This document shows positions 9,200-16,677 of a stretch of 42,163 nt of DNA, piece after piece. Position 1 is the first letter of the stretch, and each line of letters begins with the position of its first letter. The notes beneath the pieces were generated by a model that worked only from the letters and a program-made list of their open reading frames with translations, did not search any database and was not told the DNA's origin. The stretch covers positions 1 through 42,163 of the forward strand of contig JACPTT010000018.1 of NCBI GenBank assembly GCA_016192645.1, given 5' to 3'. The translations under genes and the position numbers were made by a program. The stretch is from Candidatus Levyibacteriota bacterium (GTDB lineage Bacteria > Patescibacteriota > Microgenomatia > Levybacterales > UBA12049).

Positions 9200-9437
9200 T
9201 TTTACGTAATTGTCCCATTGCTACATTGTTCAATTGTTGTTTTCAGTTCAAAAGGTAACAAAAATGTGAAAATCCGCAATTGTGATTTTTGCTTTAATAC
9301 CAGCCTAAACTTTCTTCTTTGAAGCAAGGGAAAATGCTTGACAAAATAAAAAAAATACTACACGATTAATTTAATCCTGCCCCCTCCCATCGCGTCAAAC
9401 GCGACCCAAGGGGTTAAAAAAGGAGGTGACTTATTTC

Positions 9438-9467
9438 ATGGCAAAAAAAAGAAAGAAGAGAAGATAA
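9438..9467 (+). CDS. 9-codon polybasic mini-ORF MAKKRKKRR with strong SD
   Basis: AAGGAGGTGA at 9420..9429, 8 nt before ATG 9438, stop TAA at 9465..9467. Followed by a stem-loop and a strong terminator. Function unknown. Confidence 0.3.
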   Translation: MAKKRKKRR

Positions 9468-9501
9468 ATTGGTAATAATCCGCCAAGTGGCGGATACCAA
9501 T
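9468..9501 (+). promoter_or_regulatory. Bulged stem-loop immediately after the mini-ORF
   Basis: ATTGGT..ATCCGCC-aagt-GGCGGAT-ACCAAT. The 3' arm ACCAA can alternatively pair with TTGGT at 9509..9513. Confidence 0.35.
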
Positions 9502-9513
9502 TGATCAGTTGGT

Positions 9514-9543
9514 AACCCCTCACCATAATGGTGAGGGGTTTTT
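9514..9543 (+). terminator. Rho-independent terminator upstream of secA
   Basis: AACCCCTCACC-ataat-GGTGAGGGGTT followed by TTT. Confidence 0.7.
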
Positions 9544-9559
9544 GTGATAAAATAAACAA

Positions 9560-12195
9560 ATGCTAGATTTACTCAACAAGTTTTTCGATTCCAATGAGCG
9601 ACAGCTTAAAAGGAGAAAAAAGTAAAAAAACTTAAAGACGAGGATTTTTCTAAAAAAACGCAAGAATTAAAAGAAAGAATTGCTAATTCGGAATCTTTAG
9701 AACTATTGCTTCCCGAAGCTTTTGCATTAGTTCGCGAAGCGGCATGGCGTACTATTGGGCAAAGACATTTTGATGTCCAGCTTATGGCCGGCATTGCCCT
9801 TTCAAGCGGCAAGATTGCCGAGCAAAAAACCGGAGAGGGAAAAACTCTTTCCGCAGTTCCTGCCTTATACCTTAATAGTTTAAGCGGGAAAAATGTTCAC
9901 CTTGTTACTGTCAATGATTATTTAGCCCGCCGAGATGCCGGCTGGATGGGTCCTATATTTCATCTTTTAGGTTTAACGGTTTCCTCAATCATCAGCGAGC
10001 AGTCATTTATTTATGATCCTTCATTTATTGATAGGGAGGCACATGATTTCCGTCTGTCTCATTTACGGCCAATTACAAGACAAGAGGCTTATCAAAAAGA
10101 TATTGTCTATGGAATAAACTCTGAGTTTGGATTTGATTATCTACGAGACAATATGGCGCAGGACATATCCCAGGTAGTACAAAGGGGACATTTTTATGCT
10201 GTAGTTGATGAAGTAGATTCGGTGTTAATTGATGAGGCACGAACCCCACATATTATTTCCGCTCCGGATGAGGTTCCTACTCAGAAATATTATGAGTATT
10301 CAAAAATCATTGAGAGATTAACGGCAAACATTGATTATAAGATTGATGAAAAACTACGCACGGCCCATTTAACCGATCATGGAATTTCTAAAATTGAAAA
10401 GATGTATGGAATCTCAAACATTTACGAAAAAGATTTTGACACCGTCTATCATTTGGAGGCAGCTCTTAAGGCAAAAACGCTATTTCATAAAGAAAAAGAG
10501 TATATTGTAAAGGATAATCAAGTTATCTTGGTTGATGAATTTACGGGAAGGCTTATGTTGGGCAGAAGGCTTTCTGAAGGCTTGCATCAAGCCTTAGAGG
10601 CAAAAGAGGGGGTTCCAATTCAGCGAGAATCAAAAACTCTAGCAACAGTTTCTTTGCAGAATTATTTCCGGATGTATGAGAAGCTGGCAGGTATGACCGG
10701 AACCGCCGTTACCGAGGCTGAAGAGTTTCATAAAATCTACAAACTTGATGTTGTAGTTATTCCAACCAATAAGCCCATGATTCGAAAGGATGATCCAGAC
10801 GCGATTTATAAAACCGCTCGGGCAAAACTTTCTGCAGTTATTGAAAAAATAGAAAACGCATACAAGAAAGGTCAGCCGGTTTTAGTTGGCACAACATCAA
10901 TTGAGAAAAATGAGATTATATCCGAAGCTCTTCGGCGTCGCGGCATACAACATGAATTGTTAAATGCAAAAAATCATCAAAGAGAAGCAGAAATCATCGC
11001 AAAAGCCGGAGAAAAGGGAGCAGTTACTGTTGCCACCAACATGGCTGGACGCGGAGTGGACATAATCTTAGGAGGAGACACCCCAAAACACGACGATGGT
11101 AAAGAAAAAAAAGGAACAAAAGAATGGGAGAGTTGGGAGAAAAAGCATCAAGAAGTAATTTCGCTTAATGGGCTTTTGGTTATTGGAACAGAGCGGCATG
11201 AGTCAAGGCGAATTGATAACCAGCTTCGGGGCAGATCGGGCAGACAAGGAGATCCTGGAGCTTCTCATTTCTTCGTCAGTTTGGAAGATGAAATAATGCG
11301 GCTTTTTGGCGGAGAAACAATTGCCAATTTAATGACGCGATTCAATATGCCAGAAGATGTACCGCTTCAGCATCCAATTGTTTCAAAAGCGATAGAGCAG
11401 GCGCAGAATAAGGTAGAGGGATTTAATTTTGATATTCGAAAACACTTAGTTGAGTATGATGATGTTTTGAATAAGCAGCGAGAAATTATTTATCGCATGC
11501 GAAGAAAAATCTTGGAGGGATCTTCCGAACCCACCCAGCTAAAAAAAGAAATGCTGGAAAAAATTCAAAATGCGATTTCGACACTTGTTGCCCTGCGCAG
11601 TCAAGAAGTTTATGAGTCAAACGTATCCCCAAACGAAAAAATAATTGAAGATTTTTCAACAATTATTCCTTTTGATGAAGCATCTCAAAAACAGCTGACC
11701 AAACAACTTGAGCAACGTAGTGAAATAGAAGGAAAAATTCAATTTCTTGTTGATATTGCATCGGACTTGTATCAAAAAAGAGAAGAGCAGATGGGTAAAG
11801 AAATAATGCGGCAAGTTGAGCGATTTGTTATGCTTTCTGTTGTTGATAATCTTTGGATGGATCATTTAGACGCAATCGAAAACTTAAGAAGCGGCATAGG
11901 GCTTCGGGGTTACGGGCAAAAAGACCCGCTTGTTGAGTACAAAAATGAGGGTTTCAAAATGTTTGAGCAATTAATGGCGGCGATTGATGATGAGATTGTA
12001 CATAGGATTTACAAAATTCAGGTTGCACAGCAACCACAAACAGTTACTAGTAATCAGAGGCCAGAGCCTAGTAGGCAAGGTTCTCAACCAGACTCTAATA
12101 ACCAACCTCTAAATAATAAACGGAAGCTCGGTCGCAACGACCCATGTCCATGTGGCTCTGGAAAAAAATGGAAGAAGTGTCACTACCCCAATTAA
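9560..12195 (+). CDS. secA: Preprotein translocase ATPase SecA, with the first 21 codons in a different frame from the rest (-1 frameshift or 1-nt homopolymer indel at 9616..9622)
   Basis: ATG 9560 encodes MLDLLNKFFDSNERQLKRRKK then TAA (9623..9625). The frame holding track ORF 9706..12195 is open from 9610 (KEKKVKKLKDEDFSKKTQELKERI..LLPEAFALVREA..). Downstream are DEAD motor motifs (TGEGKTL, DEVDSVLIDEARTP), TNMAGRGVDI and a C-terminal Zn finger CPCGSGKKWKKCH. Confidence 0.85.
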
Positions 12196-12204
12196 TATTG
12201 ATGT

Positions 12205-12228
12205 AGTATTGATGACGTCAATACTTTT
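12205..12228 (+). terminator. AT-rich hairpin plus T-run after secA
   Basis: AGTATTGA-tgacg-TCAATACT followed by TTT. Confidence 0.35.
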
Positions 12229-12243
12229 AATTAGACTAAAAAT

Positions 12244-12390
12244 ATGAGAAGGAAGATTTATAAAGGAGGAAAATACAGCTACGTTATTTCTATTCCAAAA
12301 ACACTTATTAAGCTTCTTGGGTGGAAAGAAAAGCAATACGTTGAAGTTTCTAAAAAACGAAAGAAACTTGAGATTCGCGACGCAAAATAA
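12244..12390 (+). CDS. 48-aa AbrB/MazE/SpoVT-like swapped-hairpin DNA-binding protein (not in the ORF track)
   Basis: Hand translation gives MRRKIYKGGKYSYVISIPKTLIKLLGWKEKQYVEVSKKRKKLEIRDAK. The xVxIPKxLxxxLGW..xVEV pattern is typical of SpoVT-AbrB domains. Confidence 0.5.
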   Translation: MRRKIYKGGKYSYVISIPKTLIKLLGWKEKQYVEVSKKRKKLEIRDAK

Positions 12391-12472
12391 TTCTCTTAGA
12401 TAATGAATTTACTATGATCTTTCGAAACATCAAAACTAGTTCAGTTTTCGATATTGAGGGTTTTTGAAATCC

Positions 12473-13375
12473 ATGGCAAGAAAGCGTTATCATTCTCATT
12501 ACGAACAGTTAAAGAATAAGTGGATCGTACGTCATCAAGACCTTAAAAATAATCTTTGGAGAAAGCATGGGCAGTCTTTAAATTGGCTTGCTAATAATGT
12601 AAAACAGCTGGCGGCCGGATCGGCGGCAGGACTGCTTCTTTTAACTTCTTCTGCGCCGCCTTCTCTTCCTTCCTTCAAAAACTTCCAAGCCAACGCTGCG
12701 CAGGTTGGGAAACCAATAGAAAAAAGCGTGTTTCTTATAACCGACCTTTTGAATGTATTGCCAAAAGAAATACAGTCTTTAAATAAAGACGAAGAGCAAA
12801 AAATCGTAAAGATTCTTTCAAGAACATTCGATTTAAAAGTGAGTGCAGAACTTGACGGGAAAAGATTAAACCGAAACTACGGAATTATTGGGGCAGAACA
12901 GCATTTAGCCCGATATCCGGGAGATACTATGGCAACCCATTTTGACCTTTCGATAAACTCAGGGCAAGTAAATAGCTTAGATACTTACGGTTCGGGAATG
13001 GCGCCGGGGCTAGGAGCCTGGGGGTATTTTGCGTCATCTCGCGCTCAGCTCACCGAGGAGGATAAACTGCGAGAAAAATATTATATTGCAGTACAGACTT
13101 TTTTAGCGGAAGATTTTAACAAACGATTTGCCGAATATAGAGATTTTTATAAATATAGAAAAATGTTAGTTGTTAATCCTCAAAACGGAAAAGCAGTTGT
13201 TGCGGTTATTGGCGATAGTGGACCAGCAGTTTGGACGGGAAAGCATTTAGGTGGTTCACCAGAAGTAATGCGTTATTTAGGGCGAGAGGACGGGGCAAGA
13301 AGAGGGCCGGTTCTTTATTTTTTTATCGATGACCCAAAAAACCAAGTTCCATTAGGTCCAATTGCTGTACAATAA
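12473..13375 (+). CDS. Hypothetical membrane-anchored or secreted protein, possibly with an RlpA-like double-psi barrel at the C-terminus
   Basis: Track ORF 12464..13375 begins at TTG. ATG 12473 lies 12 nt after GAGGG. One hydrophobic segment LAAGSAAGLLLLTSSAPP. The C-terminal VVAVIGDSGPAVWTGKHLGGSPEV weakly resembles RlpA/DPBB motifs. Confidence 0.5.
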   Translation: MARKRYHSHYEQLKNKWIVRHQDLKNNLWRKHGQSLNWLANNVKQLAAGSAAGLLLLTSSAPPSLPSFKNFQANAAQVGKPIEKSVFLITDLLNVLPKEIQSLNKDEEQKIVKILSRTFDLKVSAELDGKRLNRNYGIIGAEQHLARYPGDTMATHFDLSINSGQVNSLDTYGSGMAPGLGAWGYFASSRAQLTEEDKLREKYYIAVQTFLAEDFNKRFAEYRDFYKYRKMLVVNPQNGKAVVAVIGDSGPAVWTGKHLGGSPEVMRYLGREDGARRGPVLYFFIDDPKNQVPLGPIAVQ

Positions 13376-13379
13376 GCAT

Positions 13380-13727
13380 ATGAAACAAAAATATTTTTAT
13401 AGTCATATCGTTGAAACTTCAATAATCTCACTAGAACTGGGAGAGATTGATTTGGCGCCTTCGGAGAGAGTACATTTAGTATCCCTTGTTGAATCCCAAC
13501 TGCATCATGCGATTTTGGACACAATTCTTTCGGAATTATCAGAAGGGGACAAAAAAAAATTCTTGGGGCATCTTACTTTTGATGATCACGATAAAATTTG
13601 GGTGCATTTAAAAGGTAAAATTGAAAATATCGAAGAGAAGATTAAAAGAGTCGCGGAAGAGTTAAAAAAAGAACTGCATAAAGATATAATGGCAAGCTTA
13701 AAAGAGGCGAAAAAGTCAAAAAAGTGA
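13380..13727 (+). CDS. Hypothetical protein
   Basis: Track ORF 13362..13727 (TTG start). ATG 13380 is the more plausible start, just after the upstream stop. No recognisable motif. Lys/Glu-rich C-terminus. Confidence 0.45.
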   Translation: MKQKYFYSHIVETSIISLELGEIDLAPSERVHLVSLVESQLHHAILDTILSELSEGDKKKFLGHLTFDDHDKIWVHLKGKIENIEEKIKRVAEELKKELHKDIMASLKEAKKSKK

Positions 13728-14021
13728 TCTTTTAAGATCAACGCGGTCGTTATCCAAAAAGAATACCCCTTCTTTTTCTAATATTTCTTTTTTCTTTGTT
13801 ACTCCGCCACGCGCGTATCCCGTAAGTTCACCACGGCTTCCAACCACCCGATGACAAGGGACGACTTTGGTATTTTTATTAGAGTGCATGGCAAAGCCAA
13901 CGATTCTTGGTCCGCCAGCCGGCGGATTTACTCTTGCTAGTTTTGCTACTTGCTGATACGTTAAAACTTTCCCTTTTGGAATAGAGGAGACAACCTTATA
14001 TATTTTTTCAAAAGGTTTCAC
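13716..14021 (-). CDS. MGMT-family methylated-DNA-protein-cysteine methyltransferase, DNA-binding/active-site domain only
   Basis: 101 aa with the active-site PCHRVV motif and preceding helix-turn-helix YQQVAKLA. Its 3' end overlaps the convergent ORF by 12 nt. Confidence 0.75.
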   Translation of the reverse strand: MKPFEKIYKVVSSIPKGKVLTYQQVAKLARVNPPAGGPRIVGFAMHSNKNTKVVPCHRVVGSRGELTGYARGGVTKKKEILEKEGVFFLDNDRVDLKRSLF

Positions 14022-14022
14022 T

Positions 14023-14358
14023 TTATCTTTTTTCTTTTAAGTATCTTTGTTCAATTTTTTTTAACTTATCGGAAACCGCCCTTTGAATATCAACGCCAGC
14101 CGTACTTGCAAGTTGAATGGTAGTTATAACAACGTCGGCAAATTCCTGATACATGTTTCTTTTGTCAAACTTTTCAAGCTTTGCCCGCCTTTGGAGTTTT
14201 AATATCGAAAGTATATCGTTGCAAAGTTCTCCGACCTCTTCGTTTAGCTTTATTGTTTTGGTGAGGATTTCTTTTTCCTGCTGGCTGTAGAGTTTATAGT
14301 GTGGTTTTGTTTTCTCGTTTAGTATTTTTATTTTTTCTTGAAGAGACTTTAAGTTCAT
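14023..14358 (-). CDS. MazG-like nucleotide pyrophosphohydrolase
   Basis: EEVGELCNDIL and EFADVVITTIQLA fit the all-alpha MazG EExxE/D pattern. The track start 14391 would overlap tkt. The internal ATG at 14358 (MNLKSLQEK) is preferred. Confidence 0.55.
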   Translation of the reverse strand: MNLKSLQEKIKILNEKTKPHYKLYSQQEKEILTKTIKLNEEVGELCNDILSILKLQRRAKLEKFDKRNMYQEFADVVITTIQLASTAGVDIQRAVSDKLKKIEQRYLKEKR

Positions 14359-14366
14359 GATAGTAT
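14338..14366 (+). promoter_or_regulatory. Candidate sigma70-type promoter TTGAAG-17 nt-TAGTAT, 9 nt upstream of the tkt ATG
   Basis: Hexamers at 14338..14343 and 14361..14366. The -35 lies inside the divergent mazG-like coding region. No SD before ATG 14376. Confidence 0.35.
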
Positions 14367-14375
14367 TGTACCATA

Positions 14376-16277
14376 ATGGTTGATATCTCAAAACTGCAGA
14401 AAAAAGCAGCTTTAGTTAGAAAATGGTGTTTGGTTTCAACAACTAATGCCGGTTCAGGCCACCCAACCTCGTGTTTATCGGCCGCGGATTTGATGACGGT
14501 TTTATTCAATAATTATTTTCAGTATAATATTGCTAATTCTGCGGAGCCGCTGAATGACAGATTGATTTTTTCAAAAGGTCATGCCGCGCCGCTTCTATAT
14601 TCCCTCTTTGCATTAAGTGGTGCTTTTGATCTAAAAGAATTATTAACTCTTCGCAAATTCGGCAGTCGTTTGGAGGGTCATCCGACCCCGGAATTTCCCT
14701 ATGCAGAAGTAGCGACTGGCTCACTTGGGCAGGGTTTATCAATCGGCGCCGGCATGGCGTACGGAAGTCAGAAGTCAGAAGTCAGAAGTCAGAAGTCGCC
14801 TAGGGTTTATGTTTTATTGGGGGATGGGGAGATGGCGGAGGGCTCGATCTGGGAGGCTGCTAACTTTGCTTCATATTATAGTTTGAATAATTTAATTGCG
14901 ATTGTTGATGTAAACCGTTTTGGGCAAAGTCAGGAAACAATGTTTGGAGATAAGGTTGAAGAATATACAGATAGATTTTCTGCCTTTGGTTGGGAAACTA
15001 TAGTAATTGATGGGCATAATTTTAAAGACATAGAAAAAGCGTTTCACTCAGCCGTTAGCAAAACAAGCAGTAAGCCTTTTGCCATTATTGCCAAAACAAA
15101 GAAGGGTAAGGGAGTTTCGTTTCTCGAGGATCAGGATGGCTGGCATGGGAAGGCGCTTAAAAAAGAAGAGCTTGAGAGGGCATTGAAAGAGTTGGGAGAA
15201 GTTGATGAAGATTTAAGATTTTCTCTTAGGTTGCCAATTCAGAAAACTCAGAATACTCAGAGTGTCGGAAAATCTGATTGGTCTGATAGTCAGAAGGTCA
15301 GACGTGCTGGTTCATCCGAGTTTTCCGAGTATTCTGAAAAATATAAACTTGGGAATGAGATAGCTACCAGAGAAGTGTATGGAGAGGTTTTGGCAAAAAT
15401 TGCAGATAAAAATCCTCTCATTTATGCTTTAGACGGGGATGTAAAAAATTCTACCTTTGCCCAAGAATTTAAAAAAGCACACCCCGCCCGGTTTATTGAA
15501 TGCTTTATTGCCGAGCAAAATATGGTAGGCGTTGCTTTAGGTTTATCAAAAAGAGAGAAGATTCCTTTTATTTCAACCTTTGCGGCGTTTTTAACAAGAG
15601 CCTTTGATCAAATCCGTATGGCAGCCCAATCACGTGCAAACATAAAATTTGTTGGATCGCATGCCGGAGTTTCAATTGGTGAGGATGGTTCGTCTCAAAT
15701 GGGACTTGAAGATATAGCTATGTTTGGAACAATTCCGGATTCAGTTATTTTTCACCCTTGCGATAGCGTTTCAACAGTAAAGATTCTTCCATTAATGCTT
15801 GAACACAGCGGTATTTCATATCTTAGGACTCTTCGTCCTAAAACACCGGTCATTTATGGAGAAGACGAAGAGTTTAAAATTGGTGGATCAAAAATATTAA
15901 GAAGTTCAAAAAGCGACCTCTTAACAATTGTTGCCGCCGGCATTACGGTTCACGAGGCACTCAAGGCATATGAACTTCTAAAGAAAGAAGGGATATTGGT
16001 TCGAGTAGTTGATGCTTATTCTATTAAGCCACTCGATTTTGAAACTCTTAAGCAATGTATCAATGAAACAATGAAGCAATGGATTATTACAGTTGAAGAT
16101 CATTATGAACATGGAGGATTGGGAGATTTTGTCCTTTCGGCTCTCTCATCAACCGGCGAGCATGTTGAAAAAATGGCGGTTTCAAAAATCCCCCGCTCGG
16201 GAACAAAAGATGAGCTTTTGGATGATGTTGGAATTAGCGCAAGAGATATTGCCCAGAAAGTAAAATTATTTCTTTAA
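14376..16277 (+). CDS. tkt: Transketolase, with the N-terminal and C-terminal 'split-type' halves fused through a ~50-aa low-complexity linker
   Basis: N half: GSGHPTSCLSAADL, GSLGQGLSIGAGMA, VLLGDGE (ThDP-binding GDG). C half starts near EIATREVYGEVL, then FIECFIAEQNMVGVA and GSHAGVSIGEDGSSQMGLEDIAMF. The linker is SLRLPIQKTQNTQSVGKSDWSDSQKVRRAGSSEFSEYSEKYK. Confidence 0.85.
   Translation: MVDISKLQKKAALVRKWCLVSTTNAGSGHPTSCLSAADLMTVLFNNYFQYNIANSAEPLNDRLIFSKGHAAPLLYSLFALSGAFDLKELLTLRKFGSRLEGHPTPEFPYAEVATGSLGQGLSIGAGMAYGSQKSEVRSQKSPRVYVLLGDGEMAEGSIWEAANFASYYSLNNLIAIVDVNRFGQSQETMFGDKVEEYTDRFSAFGWETIVIDGHNFKDIEKAFHSAVSKTSSKPFAIIAKTKKGKGVSFLEDQDGWHGKALKKEELERALKELGEVDEDLRFSLRLPIQKTQNTQSVGKSDWSDSQKVRRAGSSEFSEYSEKYKLGNEIATREVYGEVLAKIADKNPLIYALDGDVKNSTFAQEFKKAHPARFIECFIAEQNMVGVALGLSKREKIPFISTFAAFLTRAFDQIRMAAQSRANIKFVGSHAGVSIGEDGSSQMGLEDIAMFGTIPDSVIFHPCDSVSTVKILPLMLEHSGISYLRTLRPKTPVIYGEDEEFKIGGSKILRSSKSDLLTIVAAGITVHEALKAYELLKKEGILVRVVDAYSIKPLDFETLKQCINETMKQWIITVEDHYEHGGLGDFVLSALSSTGEHVEKMAVSKIPRSGTKDELLDDVGISARDIAQKVKLFL
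14764..14798 (+). repeat. Heptanucleotide tandem array (GAAGTCA)x4 + GAAGTCG inside tkt
   Basis: Direct reading of ggaagtcagaagtcagaagtcagaagtcagaagtcgcc. It encodes SQKSEVRSQKS just upstream of VYVLLGDGE. Confidence 0.95.
15238..15345 (+). repeat. Long imperfect palindrome built from ACTCAGA/TCTGA/TCAGA/TCCGAGT sub-repeats, forming the tkt inter-domain linker
   Basis: The sequence reads cagaAAACTCAGAATACTCAGA..aTCTGAttggTCTGAtagTCAGAaggTCAGAcg..TCCGAGTTTTCCGAGTATTCTG. The central part is TCTGA x2 followed by its complement TCAGA x2. Confidence 0.8.
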
Positions 16278-16284
16278 ACCGTTT

Positions 16285-16677
16285 ATGCAAAAGATCCATC
16301 TTGCCGAGGAGGAAGCTTGGGATAAAAAGAGAATTGCTGTCGGCGTAATAATTACGCTCCTTCTAGCAGCGGGCATAGCTTACGGCGCGAAGAGTTTCTT
16401 TTTGGAAAAAAAACAAGGTATTGTTGCCGGAGCAAGAGTGGAAAGAGAGAGAGTCCTTGCTCCAATCGAAAATCAACCTTCATTTTCTCTCCCCTCACAG
16501 TCCGATATCCAGCAGGAAATAGATAAGATAAGGCAAGATGCGTTAAAATTAAATGTTTCGGAAATTGCTTCTTCTTCTCCTCAAGTTCAAAAAGTTCTTA
16601 ATGATATTAAGACGCTTGGGGATTATCCGCGTAGCCAAGCTAAAGATATTTGCCAACAAATTTGTAGCGGTCTGTGA
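16285..16677 (+). CDS. Hypothetical single-pass membrane protein
   Basis: 130 aa. One TM segment IAVGVIITLLLAAGIAYGA. No recognisable domain. Its stop overlaps the next start. Confidence 0.5.
   Translation: MQKIHLAEEEAWDKKRIAVGVIITLLLAAGIAYGAKSFFLEKKQGIVAGARVERERVLAPIENQPSFSLPSQSDIQQEIDKIRQDALKLNVSEIASSSPQVQKVLNDIKTLGDYPRSQAKDICQQICSGL

Noticed and set aside
9334-9369. Mini-ORF ATG CTT GAC AAA ATA AAA AAA ATA CTA CAC GAT TAA (MLDKIKKILHD), vaguely like a SecA N-terminus, as a possible remnant of a duplicated secA 5' end
   Set aside because: The similarity is limited to ML-D and K-rich residues. There is no SD. The TTGACA within it is more economically read as a -35 box.
14764-14798. CRISPR-like interpretation of the tandem arrays (also 23399..23433 and 41019..41053)
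   Set aside because: The units are 7 nt and contiguous, with no spacers and no cas genes. They lie inside coding sequence, so they are simple tandem repeats rather than CRISPR.
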